Source of the DNA: Felis catus
Lineage: Eukaryota
DNA: 64,000 nt
Assembly: GCF_018350175.1 (NCBI RefSeq)
Contig: NC_058368.1
Coordinates: 137,766,001-137,830,000 of the forward strand
Direction of reading: 5' to 3'
Part shown: positions 23,463 through 36,245 of the stretch, piece after piece
Position numbering within the stretch: position 1 is the stretch's first letter
Layout of the letters: each line of letters starts with the position of its first letter
Position numbers and translations under genes: made by a program
Notes under the pieces: model-generated
The model's input: the letters and a program-made list of their open reading frames with translations, nothing else
What the model was told of the DNA's origin: nothing
Database searches by the model: none

Positions 23463-25113
23463 AAGAATTTCATTTCAAGGCTTGGAAAATCCAACTGCTA
23501 AGAAATAGTCATGACTTTATGAGAACCCATAAAACTGGTGTTTGGGGGCCAAAACTAACTTTTCTAACAGAGAGAGACTCTATGTAAGTTTTCACGCAAT
23601 GTTATTGTTTTGTTTGGGGGACCACTTTTGACCTGTGATAGATATGACATGTCATAAAAAAAATATTAAAAGGGCCGGGTCATCACTGTGCTTTAGATGA
23701 TCTGATGATATAAGTAAAGGAGGTTTTATTATATTTTGGAGTACTTTGAGGTTTTAGGATTCTATTGCCTGGATGCTTCGAGTCAGAAGGTAGGTTATTC
23801 TAGGCCAGGCACACTCCATCTGAGTGGTCTGCTTCATATCCCCAATCAATTAGGTCATTGACATGTGTGCGTGTCAGGAATAAACACTGCCAGTCTCAAA
23901 GAGTGGGGGGATAAAGTTCCCTAGGTCACCCTGACATGGAACGGCTTCCATCTGGCTTGGGTTAGAGACAAACAGCTGACTAGATAGCTTAACGAACCCC
24001 CAAGATAGTTCCATGAAGAGAAAGCGATGATCAGGAGGTTCAGTTTCCATTCTGGGATTCCCACAAATATTTCAGAAAAGATCCAATTGCTTTCTGAAGG
24101 TTGCAAAAATTAAACCGTCTCTGTTGGAAAGGCCCCCTCCCCACCTTAAAAAAAAAAAAAAAAAAAGCCCTCCGGGACTGCCGGGGTGAAACTCAGACTC
24201 GGATGATGACGACGAAGAAATCTCACTGCTCCAGTCAATATTTTGCTGGTGCTGTTCTGGTCCAAGGGCCCTGTGTACTTGAGCAAAGGGTGTGAGTCCT
24301 GGGACAGGGGAAGGGGAAGGAAAATGAAAAAGCAACCCAAAGTGCGTTCCGCCAGAGTTGACAGCAACTCTCCTTGACACACATCGATTTTCCTCCCCAA
24401 ACAGTCCTGACAGAGCGTTTTAGCATCAACTAGATATTCCCAGAGAGTGCTTATAACCCTTTAGAGATCATTGTTTTCTTATGTCAATATGCATATTACC
24501 GGCAAAGACCTCACTTGCTCAGAAAAAAATAAAGTGCTGTTCACCCTCCGAGCAGCTGGCTCCGATTTTATTTCATAAGGCGCTAGTTTCCAAATCTTAT
24601 GAAATGCTGCATCTTGGCAGTGCAGGAAAACATCGGTGTGTGGATTGTCAGTTCCCATACACCTACCCAATGGCACAAACAATGGGTTTAAAGATATGCA
24701 CACCAAGTGGGCCAAGTGGGTAGTCTTGGTAGCAAGATCCTTTCCTAACAAGTAGCTCCCTGGCCAGGGTCGAGCAGTCCAAGCAAATGCAAACACTGAC
24801 ATTCCGAGATTCAAAGGGCAGCCCCTTCAGCAGTCTTCCTATCCTTGCCAAACAGGTCTCTAGTAATGGGACAGGACCACATCCCGGGGATATGTGCAAC
24901 ACTTGACTTTATGTTTTGCTATACCTTCTTCAAAGGGAGGCCAGTGTTCTTCAAGTTTCTGATGAGAGCGTAAAAACACTACAGTATGTAAAATAACACG
25001 CTTTCTACTCTCAAAGAGCGGACTCCCAATGTGAGCGATGATACAAGGAAGGGGCATCCAATAAGACTTAGAGGAAGAGAACAGTCGATGGGCAAACACA
25101 ACAGCATGTGCCG

Positions 25114-25338
25114 TTTTTGTATTTTAATTTTTTTTAATGTTTGTTTATTTTTGAGAGAGAGAGAGAGAGCACGAGCGGGGGAGAGGCAGAGAGAGCAAAG
25201 GAGACACAGAATCTGAAGCAGGCTCCGGGCTCCAAGCTGTCAGCACAGAGCCCGACGCGGGGCTGGAACTCGGGAACGGCAAGATCGTGACCTGAGCCGA
25301 AGTCAGATGCTCACCGGACTGAGCCACCCAGGCACCCC
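25114..25338 (-). mobile_element. CAN-SINE
   Basis: Reverse SINE; TSD GCATGTGCCG/GCGTGTGCCG. Confidence 0.93.
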
Positions 25339-25484
25339 CTGCGTGTGCCGGTAAGTGTGTAGAAGGAGGCAAAAAGGAGCCAGACGGCAATCTATGCACA
25401 GTGAACCGGATCTCCACACCATCACACATGATAACTGAATATTCCCTCCATGGCCTACAGCATTTACCACTTGCCAAGGGAGAG

Positions 25485-25765
25485 AAGGTGGAGTGGTGGG
25501 TTAAGCACAGCTCTAGAGGCAGGCAGACTGCTTTTGAATCCCAATTCATTACTTCCTAGCTATGGGAAATAGTGCTGGTTGCCTAATTTCAGAACCTCCA
25601 TGTTCTTATCTATAATATAGGTATACATGCATCCATGTAGCATTTATTCGATGCTTATTGCGTGTCAAGGATTGCACTAGATCCCGTGTAATACAGAAAT
25701 GAATAATACTTCTTGTGTGTTCTGATTTAAATGAAATAATATACAGAAATGCTTCGGCACTATTA
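25485..25765 (+). mobile_element. MIR with an L2-like interruption
   Basis: GTGGGTTAAGCACAGCTCTAGAGGCAGGCAGACTGC...TTGAATCCCA...ACTTCCTAGCT; later GATTTAAATGAAATAATATACAGAAATGCTT. Confidence 0.65.
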
Positions 25766-26619
25766 TTTCCTTTCTCTTTCTTAATCCTTTAAGGGATGTA
25801 GAAGTAGTTCATTCGCAAATAATCACTTGTTCATTAAAAGATAAATTACAGAGATATCTACCTCTAATACACAAAGAGCTTCAATCCATGGACTTCTCTT
25901 GGGGAAATTTGGCACCTCAAATGTCAGGACCTGTCACCAGGGCTTGAAATGAAGGGATGGAGGGAACTCTAAAGGCTTCCCATCATCCACCTGCCCTGAC
26001 CACTCCCAACTCTGAATCTGTGGTTTGGCAGCGGGGATAGAGTACAGAAAGTGGAGGAGGTGTTGGGTCACTTCCCTGAGCTATTAAGTAGCCATGTGAT
26101 GGAAAGTAAGTCATTTAAGCCAAAAGTAACAGCAGCCATCACCTACCGAATGCCTCAAAAGCGCTCCCACTAGACTACAAAATCCTTGAGATAAGGACTT
26201 ACTTATTTGTGTCCCTCCTTCAGTGACTACCAAAGTACAAATAGTTGGCACTCGAACCACATTTGCTGAACGTCAATTGGGATCATTTTGCCTTGGCCAT
26301 GTTGTAGGGTTTTTATGAAGATCAAATAAGGCCATTCCTATAAAAACTCTTTGAGGTTGTAAAATACCATGCAGATGTAAGGAATTAATATCTGCCTGTT
26401 TCGGGTCTGAGAAGGAAGTAGCAAAAAGGGAGAAGAAATGGGAAGGATGAAAGGGAGCTGGGGGTGGGGTGCTTGGATTTGAAAGCAATCCGAAGCCGCT
26501 CTGAGCTGGAGGTTTCAATTGCTTCAAGAATAAGGGCTGATTCCCACACAGCCTGACTGTCTTTCAGTGGCTATGGCTGAAGACCTGCTCAAAGATACTG
26601 GTCTATCCTATGACCAGTT

Positions 26620-26960
26620 TCGGGGTATTGGGAAAAGGAATTACGACAGTCATATAATATGATGGAATACCACATTTCAAAGGTCATGCTTCAGGGAGAC
26701 TGTGAATGACATAAGGAGATGATTAAGAACAAATTAAATCTTTTAAAAAATAAGGCAATTAGAATCTTAATTTTAATAAAAACAAATGAATAGATAAAAG
26801 CATGTGGAAGCAAGGAAAAAACACTGAAAGGACGTATACCAATAAGTTAACAGTAATACATTATTACAAATAGTCATAATAATGATAAAGAATCTTCTTG
26901 TCTTATTTATACTTGTATATTTTCCACATAACCTTCAATAAACTCGTATGGCTTTTATAA
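26620..26960 (+). mobile_element. Degraded L1ME-like 3' end
   Basis: GATGGAATAC...ACTGAAAGGACGTATACCAATAAGTTAACAGT...TATTTTCCA pattern of old L1 3' UTRs. Confidence 0.5.
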
Positions 26961-27667
26961 TTGGAAATACATCTGTGCGTGTATACATGGATATTCTCTT
27001 CTTTGTTGGTTCTTGCATCCCTTTCAGGAACTGATTTAGATCCAAATCAGTTGTTCCAGGAACCAAATCATCAGGAACTGAATCAGACGTTCCATCCAAG
27101 TCCCAGTTGGCAAAAATGAAACCCATAACTCAGCTTCTTGATTTTGTCAGCTGCAGGCTACATTGGACTTGCTCCCCTTTCTCCTGGAAGTCGGATGCCT
27201 GGGTTCTAGTCACAGGTCTCTCCAAACAGCTGTGCATCCTTAGGTACATCACTGCCCATCTCTGGGCTCCCCTCCTCCTCCCTCAAATGAAGAAGCTGGA
27301 CTCTGGGGATCTGGGGATCTGGGACCACCTGGACAGTTTTTATACCATTTACCACCTTTTCCTAGCTTTCCCCTCTATGCATATGTGTTCCATTTCACTC
27401 CCCCTAACAGTTCTTCCCCAGGAAAAGAAGCAAAGCGCAGAAGAGGCTTGTTGAGCGTTTCTTGACACCTGCATTTGCAGGTTGGAAGACCTGGTTGGCT
27501 AGAGCGGAGGGCTCTGCTTGTTGGGCAGGTCAATAAGTAGGAGCCGGCCCTGCTCCCACTCTCGCCCCACAGTCAGAGCCCTGGCATCAGAAGGGCAACC
27601 CACATTTGGTTCACGTGGGACACACTGTTAGTCAGGGAAAGGCAAGCATGAACACAAAAGGCCTCTC

Positions 27668-28230
27668 GTCTATGAGCCAGCAATAGCACTGCTAGGAATC
27701 CACCCAAAGGATACAGGAGTGCTGATGCCTAGGGGCACTTGCACCCCAATGTTTATAGCAGCACTTTCAACAATAGCCAAATTATGGAAAGAGTCCAAAT
27801 GTCCATCAACTGACAAATGGATAAAGAAGAGGTGGTTTATATATACAATGGAATACTACTTGGCAATGAGAAAGAATGAAGCCTGGCCATTTGCAGCAAC
27901 GTGGATGGAACTGGAGGGTGTTATGCTAAGTGCAAGAAGTCAGAAGAGAGAGACAGCTACCATATGTTTTCACTCATATGTGGATCCTGAGAAACTGAAC
28001 AGAAGACCATGGGGGAGGGGAAGGGAGAGAAAGAAAAAAAGTTACAGAGAGGGAGGGAGGCAAATCATAAGAGACTTAAGGACTGAGAACAAACTAAGGG
28101 TAGATGGGGGCTGGGGGAGTGGGCAAAGTGGGTGATGGGCAGGGAAGAGGGCACTTGTTGGGATGAGCACTGGGTGTTATATGGAAACCAATTAGACCAT
28201 AAATTATATTTAAAAAACAAAACAAAACAA
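27668..28230 (+). mobile_element. 5'-truncated felid L1 (ORF2 C-terminus remnant and 3' UTR)
   Basis: ORF 27719 gives CTPMFIAALSTIAKLWK...KCPSTDKWIK...YTMEYY (L1 ORF2 C-terminus); (CAAAA)n tail; TSD AAGGCCTCTC on both flanks. Confidence 0.96.
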
Positions 28231-30110
28231 CAAGGCCTCTCCTCCAAGAGGCCTCTCTTTCCTCCAAGCATGTTTGAGTGTCTGCTTTTGGGTCTGTGTC
28301 TGTCTGCTGTCTGTAGTTGGCAGAGCTGGTCTTGGGGAAGGCCTGGCACTTGTGACCAAAAGGTCAGTCTCCTTCCTGCTCCAGGCTAGAAGCAGCACAA
28401 ATTGTTCTGATCAAGGAGCAATAACATGGCATGACCCCAGGGCCCCCCGCCCCTCCCCCCAGCAGCCTGAGGGGGGCACCCAGTCCTCCTCTGCCTCCAT
28501 CGTCATGGCCTGTGGCCACTCGGCCTCGACAGCCTCATGCCTCACATCTCCCAGCTCTGGCCTCCTTTCAAAGGCCCTTTATTAAACCACCAGCTATTTG
28601 CTGTCGAGACATTTAGGATGAAATCATTGTGTTAAACAAATAAACGTAGCTTCGTCCAGATTTCTGCTCTGGGGGCAGAGTAGGAAAATAATTTCTGTCT
28701 GCTCGCCACAAAAGCGGCTGGAAAGGCCCAAAGAAAAATATTATTTTTACTCCATTGTGTGAAATATTGTCCTGGGGATCTGACGCACTGAGCGTTTGAA
28801 GAGTTTGCGCTGGCAGGTTTCAAGGGTCCCCTGGGTCGGCCCCCTGGGATTGTTTTCTGCATTAATAAACTTAGCATGATGTGTGTTAAAAGGAATATTC
28901 TGTTTGCTTTGTAAATAAGGGATGTCAAACAAGAAGCAGAAGCCTGACAGACATTAGGTGATGTGTTCTCAGAGCAGGGAGAGGAAGGCAGGGAGGGAGA
29001 GGCACCCTGGAAAAAAATGGGCATTACTGGGGCTCCCTGAACTGGGCTGAGGCCATGTTGGGAAAACAAATCAGCCTGTTTGAGTCCAAACCGGGCCATT
29101 TCCTCACTGATCCTGGTGGGAAAGCTGCACACTTTGCCCTGAACCAGCAGGATACAGGCTTGGGAAGGAAAGTTCTCAAGTGTCTGTCAGCTGTGTGGTG
29201 GAGGGGAGATGATGGCGCCTGGCAGAGGCCCTCCCCCAACCCACACCCACCCCCACCCCTCGTAGAGAAGTTTCTTGGCTTGTCAGGATCTCCCAGAGCT
29301 GGCGGGCAGGAGGGGGCGGAGGTTAAAGCCATATCTTTGGGGATGATGATCTGACTATCGCTCCCTCTATCTCTCTCATATGCCTTTCTCAGATGTCACT
29401 GCAGCCCCTGAACTAGTTCCCCTGTCAAATTCCTGACAGGCCCTCAGGGATGCTGACATCGTGGGAGACACATCACCCTCGCCCTGTGATCCCTGCCTCT
29501 GTGGGGAACCTGAAGGAGGCCGGGCAGGATGTACCGTCTCTGGCTCAAGTATTTGCTATTTTCACAGGTGCCGCCCCCTGGCCCCACAGCCCCCTCCGTT
29601 GTCCAACGCAATGTTATTGAAGGCTCCCCAGACCTCCCAGGCGTTTTCATTTCCACCCGCTGCCCTGCTGGCCTCTTCTCTTTCTCCCTAAGTTCTCCAT
29701 CTCCCTCAGCTGTGCGGGGAGGACTCCCTTGAAGCGCATTTCTATTCTGGAAAGTCCTGATTCTCTCCTGCTTGGAAGTTCACGCCGATTTCTGGAGACT
29801 TTGGAGGAAGACGAGGGCAGACGATGCAGAGATCTGTTCTGTGAGAATCACAGACTCAGAGCCCTAAGGGTGCAGACACAGACACGAGGGGGGCTGGATC
29901 CCCGGAATGAAGAGCTTTCACCGTTGCGGTTTTCCGAGCCCACCCCCAAGCCGTTCTACTGGAGTTACTTTGGGGTAAGGCTCAAACCTCGAAACGTTTC
30001 TAAGGTTTGGCGAGTCCGATGGAGGAGATTCCAGGGCAACAACTAAGCCACACAGTGGTCTCACCCACACGCTTACTTCATGGAAGAGTAACTCGTGTGT
30101 CTGCGGTCCC

Positions 30111-30599
30111 TGTATTAGTTTCCTGTGGCTGCTGTAACTAACGCCGCGAGCTGGTGACTTAAACAACACAAATTTATTCTCCCAGATTTTGGCAAGAAGT
30201 TCAAAATCAAGGTGATGGCAAGGCTATGCTCCCTCTGCAAGCTGCAGGAAGGCTCCTTCCCTGTGCCTTCCAGCTCCTGGTGGCTGTTAGCATTTCTTGA
30301 CGGTGGCTGCCTCTCTCTCTGCCCTGTCTTCCCATGGTCTCCTCCCCTGTGAGGCTCTCTGTGTTCTCCTCTGCCATCTGTCTTTCCTCCTTTTGTGTCT
30401 TTCTTATAAGGACATTCGTGATGGCATGCAGGTCCCATCCGGATACACCAAGGTAAGTTCCTCCTCTCAAAATCACTAATCACATCTTTTCCTATATAAG
30501 GTAATATCCATTCTTCTACTATATAAGGTAATTTTCACAGGTTATGAGGATTAGGACATGACATACCTTTTGCAGGGGGCCGCCATTCAGCCCACTACA
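30111..30599 (-). mobile_element. MaLR LTR, MLT1C/D-like
   Basis: TGTATTAGTTTCCTGTGGCTGCTGTAAC start and GCCATTCAGCCCACTACA end; flanks GTCCC/GCCCC. Confidence 0.9.
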
Positions 30600-30689
30600 G
30601 CCCCTCGGTCAATGGCAGAGTCAAGACCAGAACCTGGGTCTAGAACATGTTTACTACTACATCAAGCCCCTGGGCCACACACAACCCTT

Positions 30690-30895
30690 TGAAGCAGCCT
30701 AGTGTAGAACTTATGTTCAGAATTTAAAGCAACAGACCTGAGTTTGAAACCCCAGCATTTACTTAGTTTACTACTGTCTTCAAGTCTGTAAACTGGGGAT
30801 AATTGTATAGCCTTGTATGAAGGATGAAATAATAGAATTTGTATAAAGCACTTGGCAGGATCAGGCACATGGTAAAGGCTTAATGTTAGTTATCA
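30690..30895 (+). mobile_element. MIR
   Basis: CAGACCTGAGTTTGAAACCCCAGC...TCTGTAAACTGGGGATAAT...GTATAAAGCACTTGGCA. Confidence 0.75.
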
Positions 30896-30947
30896 ATAGT
30901 ATTTTTGTTCTGGCAGGGGTTAAATATTTTATCATTAAAAATCATAA

Positions 30948-31800
30948 GAGGGAGAACATATTTGCAAATCACATATCTGATAAGGGAATAGTGTCCAGGA
31001 TATACAGAGAACTCCTAAAATTCAACAATACAAATAAACAACCTAATTCAAAAACAGGCCAAGGACATGAATAGACTTTTCTCCAAAGAAGATATATACA
31101 GACGGCCAAGAAGCACATGAAAAGATGCTCAACACCATTAATCATTAGGGAAATGCTAAACAAAACTACAAGATACTACCTCATACCCACTGGGATAGCC
31201 ACTATCAAAACAACAGAAAATAACAAATGTTGACAAGGATGTGGAGAAACTGAAACGCTTGCACGTGGTGAGGCCGCTGTGGAAAACAGTCTGGTGTTTC
31301 CTCAAATAATTAAAAATGGAACTACCATAGGATCCAGCAATCCCATTTCTGGGTATATACCCAAAAGAATTTAAAGCAGGGTCTCAAATCAATATTCGTA
31401 AATTCATGTTCGTAGCAGCATTATGAACAATGACCAAGCCATGGAAGCAACCCAAGTGCCCATCAGTGGGTAATGGACAAGCAAAATGTGGTATCTACAT
31501 ATTATTATTATTCAGCCTTAAAAAGGAAGGAATTCTGACATTTGCTACAGCATGGATGACCCTTGAGGACATTATGCTGAAATAAGCCCGTCACAAAGAG
31601 ATACACACTATATGATTCCATTTATATGAGGTATGGAGAACAGTCAAATCCACAGGGATAGAAAGTAGAATGGTAGCTGCTAGGGGCTGGGGGAGAGAGG
31701 AATGGGGAATTATTGTTTAATGGGTATGTAGAGAGTTTCAGTTTTGCAAAAGGAAAAAAGTGCTGGCGATGGATGGTGATGATGGTTGCACAACAATGGG
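30948..31800 (+). mobile_element. L1MB-like 3' region
   Basis: ENIFANHISDKG...SRIYRELL ORF2 remnant, GATCCAGCAATCCCATTTCTGGGTATATACCCAAAAGAA, and L1MB-type 3' UTR. Confidence 0.93.
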
Positions 31801-33909
31801 GGGAAGAAAACAAACTACAAATGCAACAAGTATATTGCTAATGCAACATTAGCAACCTATGAACTTGACTGAGATTGAACAAGGAAGGTAAAGGTCCCGG
31901 AAGCCCCACCTGGGAGGTAGGGGGAGATGAGCCACACCGCGAAAGTTCCTCGCTCTGGCTTCATAGCTAAGTGGCCTCCAAGGAGCTGGGCTGCCAGCTG
32001 CACAGCATCCCTGTGACCCTCAGCAGTAGCCACGCCAGCCTGCTGTTCTCCCACCGCTAGCCTGCTTTAGGATCATCCACCTGGGTGAGGAGGATGAGCC
32101 GAAGAAAGGCAGAGAGACCTGAATGGTACCCTGAGAACTGTCAGAAATGAGAGGTTGTATCATCCAAGAGCTAGGAGCTAGGACACTGAAGGATTTCACA
32201 TCACTTTTGAAAACCTCTGTCCCACGGCCAGGATTAAAGGGAGAGTTCCTTGTGGCCAGAGTTCAGAACAAATCTCTCAGCATCATGGGGTTGTGACCTT
32301 CCCCATTGTGTGGCCGTTGTTGGCAGTCAGCATGATCATACTGAGAGATCTATGTTAAAAGGTGACCTACTCGTGTCCTTGTCTAACCCTCTGACACTTC
32401 TACTATGCAGCCCCCACTCCCAAACGCACACATACTGCCAATGAGCCCCCCAGGGAAGCCCCAGCAATTCATCTGAAAATACTCTCGGCAATTTGCTTCT
32501 GTTGCAGCTCTCACTATGGACAGAGGTCTCCAACTTACCCACCCATAGCCCAGAGAGAATTTGAAAACTGCAGAATGCCATGCAACACCCTGACTGAACA
32601 TGCAGCTTCCCTGAGGCAGACGAGGTATGAGCAGGCCACCCAAGTACTTCACATCCGGGGACCAACTCCCGTGACCTGGTGGTCTGCCCTATGGTCAGAA
32701 CAAACCAGGCAAGGAGGTAAAAGCAGCTTTAGAAGGCTCAGGAATCTTCCTGCAACTGTCTCCCACGGTTTTCTTTTCCTAATCTTGCTCCATGAGCAGC
32801 GGGTTACCAGAAATCCAATCTGGCTCTGGAGGAAAGTTCAAGATGGTAAGATAGGGGAGAAGCCTGAGTGTTAGGATCACTCCACCTACCTTCACAGCTA
32901 GAGAAAGCCAGGCTGGTTTCAGCCTCTTTCCCAAGCTTCATACCAGAAGGCAGCCCGCACCAAAACCCACGCCCAGAGAAAGCTTGTCCTGTGCACATAG
33001 TATATAATCAAAACAGAGTAAAAACATTCTCCCTCTAGGATGTTGAATATAGGTCCACTTTCCACTTCTTTTCCCTTCTCTCTTTAACTGGTTGTCTTTT
33101 CATATAAATTTCAAAGCTGTAGCCAACCAAGCTTTAACACCATACCAGTAAGGGCTCTTAAAGATATTGTGGGAAAAAGAGACCAAGACTCAATAGTTTC
33201 CATGCTCTATCATATCATCTTCATGCAGCTACCTTTAATGATGCCTCTGGCTGTTCTCTGCACTGCGGTCTCTGCCTACAGGCTAACCAAAGCCTGGCCA
33301 CCGCAGGAGTAATGACAGCTTAAAGTAGCTTGAGCTTTGGATGTAATCAGAATCATGAGGTGGTGACAGTGTTTCCAAGCTTGTTCAAAATAATGCTAGA
33401 GCACCATTCGGTATCTTAAAACTGCCGCAACCTTCCCTGGGGATCTTGCCTTCAGCGCACCCTGGAGGACGGGAGTTTTAGTCATGAAGTATTCAGGGGC
33501 GAAGTGGTCCCAGCACCAAGACACGGGTTAAACTGGACCAGTTCTAAGAAGCCTTTCAACTAAATACCTGGGGGCGTATGGATCTTCAGTTTAAATGGAG
33601 GGAAGGCTAGGGGTCACACTCAAGCAGCCTCCGCCAGGGAAGGAGACACCCAAGGGATGACCAGATCTCAGGGCTCAAGATTTCCTGTTTGCAGACAGCA
33701 GAACTTTTTTTTCTTCTCTATATATCTAGCTTTATTTTTTTTTATTAAGCAGGGTCATAAATTACGCATAACAAAATTCACCCTTTTAATTGTACAGTTT
33801 TGAATGCTTTGACAAGCACACCAATTAGGTAACCACTACAATCAAGATATTAATCAGCTCAATCATTCTGCCCACACATATCTAACATTCTCCCATACCA
33901 TTTTGTAGT

Positions 33910-34390
33910 TGGTCTTAGTCTGCTTGGGCTGCTATAACAAAATACCAGAGACTGGGTGGCTTATAAACAACAAACACTTGTTTCCCCCAGTTCTGAAGTC
34001 TGAGAAGTCTGAGATCATGGCACTGGCAGATGTGGTATCTGGTGCGGGCTTCCTGTTTCACAGATGGCCATGCTTTCACTGTGTTCTCATATGGTAGAAA
34101 GGGGCAAGGTAGCTTTCTCAGGCTGTGTTTTTTTTTTTTTTTTTTATAGATAAACTCTACCCCCAAGTGGCGCTCAAACTTATGACTCCAAGATCAAGAG
34201 TCACATGATCTACCAACTGAGCCAGCCAGGTGCCCCTCAGGCTGCTTTTATAAGGTCACAGTCCCATTCATCAGGGCTCCACCCTTATGACGAAATCACC
34301 TCCCAGAGGCCCACCTCCAAATACCATCACCTTGGGAGTTAGGTTTCAACATATGAATTGTGGGGAGTCATAGACATTCAGACCATAGCA
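33910..34390 (-). mobile_element. MaLR LTR, MLT1A-like
   Basis: GTCTTAGTCTGCTTGGGCTGCTATAACAAAATACC...ACATTCAGACCATAGCA; perfect 5-bp TSD GTAGT at 33905-33909 and 34391-34395. Confidence 0.93.
34128..34236 (-). mobile_element. Short tRNA-head CAN-SINE (SINEC_c-like) inside MLT1A
   Basis: Poly(T)...GATCAAGAGTCACATGATCTACCAACTGAGCCAGCCAGGTGCCCC; TCAGGCTG duplicated on both sides. Confidence 0.9.
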
Positions 34391-34532
34391 GTAGTCAACC
34401 TCTTTTCCCACCTCCAGGCCCTGGCAACCACTGCCTTTTCTGGTACATCATATGAATAAAATCATACACAATGCCGTCTTTTAGTCTGGCTCCTTTCGCT
34501 TAACATAAGCATTGAAATTCACCCACGGTATT

Positions 34533-34744
34533 GGGGGATGCCTGGGTGGCTCAGTAGGCTGAGTGTCGACTCTTGATTTTGGCTCAGGTCATGATCTCAT
34601 GGTTCATGTTTTTAAGCCCTGAGTTGGGCTCCACGCTGACTCCCATTTTCTGTCTCCCATTCTCTGTCTCCCATTTTCTCTGCCCCTCCCTCATTCACTC
34701 TCTCTCTTTCAAAAATAAATAAATAAACTTAAAAAAAAAAAAAA
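34533..34744 (+). mobile_element. CAN-SINE with rearranged centre
   Basis: SINE head and tail; flanking duplication containing GAAATTCACCCAC. Confidence 0.9.
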
Positions 34745-35024
34745 GAAATTCACCCACATTATTGGCAGTATCAGTAATGTGTTATTTTTAATTTTTGAAA
34801 ATAATTTTAATTATGGAATTATTTGTATTATTTGTATGTTTATCTTTTCACCAGTTGAAGGACATTTTTTCCCCTAGGTTTTGGTGATCACGAACAAAGC
34901 CACTATAAAAATTCATATACAGGTTTTGGCATGGACACAGATTTTCACTTCACTTGGGTAAGTATGTGAGAGTGAGGTTACTGCATCGTATGGTAAAAGT
35001 ATATTGAACTTTAACTGAGGGGCT

Positions 35025-35072
35025 TTGAATTGAATTGAATTGAATTGAATTGAATTGAATTTGAACTGAATT
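35025..35072 (+). repeat. (TTGAA)n pentanucleotide repeat
   Basis: Direct read. Confidence 0.93.
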
Positions 35073-35205
35073 CAAAACTGCCACAGGGCTTCCCAAAGCA
35101 ACTGTTCCCATTTTGCATTCCCATCAAAAATGGGTCAGAGATCCATTTACTATATATGTTCGGCAGCACTCAGTGTTGTTACTTATAATTTCTTTTAAAC
35201 GTATA

Positions 35206-35440
35206 GGGGCGCCTGGGTGGCTCAGTCGGTTAAGCGTCCAACTTCAGCCAGGTCACAATCTCGCGGTCCGGGAGTTCGAGCCCCGCGTCAGGCTCTGGGC
35301 TGATGGCTCAGAGCCTGGAGCCTGTTTCCGATTCTGTGTCTCCCTCTCTCTCTGCCCCTCCCCCGTTCATGCTCTGTCTCTCTCTGTCCCAAAAATAAAT
35401 AAACGTTGAAAAAAAAATTTTTTTTAATAAAAAAAAAAAA
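35206..35440 (+). mobile_element. Young SINEC_Fc-type SINE
   Basis: Nearly identical to the copy at 1865; flanks TAAACGTATA/TAAACATACA. Confidence 0.96.
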
Positions 35441-35624
35441 TAAACATACAACAATCCTATTCTTTACCAAAGGAAGGCGAGCCACCAAGAATGTGTGACT
35501 TATCCAGCTGACCAAATAGCCAGGCTAGAATTTGAACTCAGAACCGTAAACAGTTCTAAACTAGGGGTAGCCCAGTATTTTAACTTGCTTTAATCTCATC
35601 TCCTACATAGCTCCATGATAGTCA

Positions 35625-36245
35625 AATAACTCAATAAGAAAAAAAAAATAGCTCAATTAAAAAATGAGCATGGAATTTGAATAGACATTTCTTCAAAGAA
35701 GGTATACAAATGACCAATGAGCACTTGGAAAGATGCTCAACGTTGTTAACCATCAGAGATGCAAGCTGAAACTACAAGGAGGTATCGTATCATATTAGCC
35801 AGGATGGCTATAAAAATTAAAAAAAAAATAGAAACTAACAAGTGTTGGTAAAGAAATAGAGAAATTGTAACCTTCGTGCATTGCTGATGGGAATGTAAAA
35901 TGGTGCGGTCACTTTGGAAAACAATACGGAAGCCCCTCAAAAAGTTAAACACAGTTACTCTATAACTCAGTAATACCCACTCCTAGCTATATCCCCAAGA
36001 GAAGTGAAACCAGATCTTCACACAAAAACTTGTACACGAAAGTTCATAGCAGCACTATTCATAATAGCCAAGAAGTGGAAACAACCCAAGTGTTCCTCAA
36101 CAGATGAGTGGATAAACAAAATGTGGTATACTCGTGCAAGAAAATATTGTTCTGCCATGAAAAGGAATGAAGTTCTGATACATACTACATGAGTGAACCT
36201 TGAGAACAGTATGCTAATACATCTCAATAAAGCTTTATTAAGAAA
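35625..36245 (+). mobile_element. L1MB/MC-like 3' region
   Basis: ORF 36004 HTKTCTRKFIAALFIIAKKWKQPKCSSTDEWINKMWY (L1 ORF2 C-terminus); ends TCTCAATAAAGCT. Confidence 0.92.

Larger units (their letters stand above)
33728..35200 (-). mobile_element. Old L1 (L1MB/MC-like) 3' region hosting MLT1A and SINEs
   Basis: AAAATTCACCCTTTTAATTGTACAG...GGCAACCACTG...ATACAGGTTTTGGCATGGACAC...TTTTGCATTCCCATCA. Confidence 0.8.

Noticed and set aside
24193..24297. Acidic peptide SDSDDDDEEISLLQ and a nearby GTGAGT donor-like site
   Set aside because: In-frame TGA just upstream and another before the donor, no polypyrimidine acceptor, no partner exons.
27719..28135. 138-aa ORF with real protein similarity
   Set aside because: C-terminal remnant of L1 ORF2 in a 5'-truncated copy; reported as a mobile element. 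The same applies to ORFs at 30883 and 36004.
34128..34236. tRNA-like sequences (also 6266-6365 and all SINE heads)
   Set aside because: tRNA-derived SINE heads with A-rich tails and flanking duplications; no intact cloverleaf evident.
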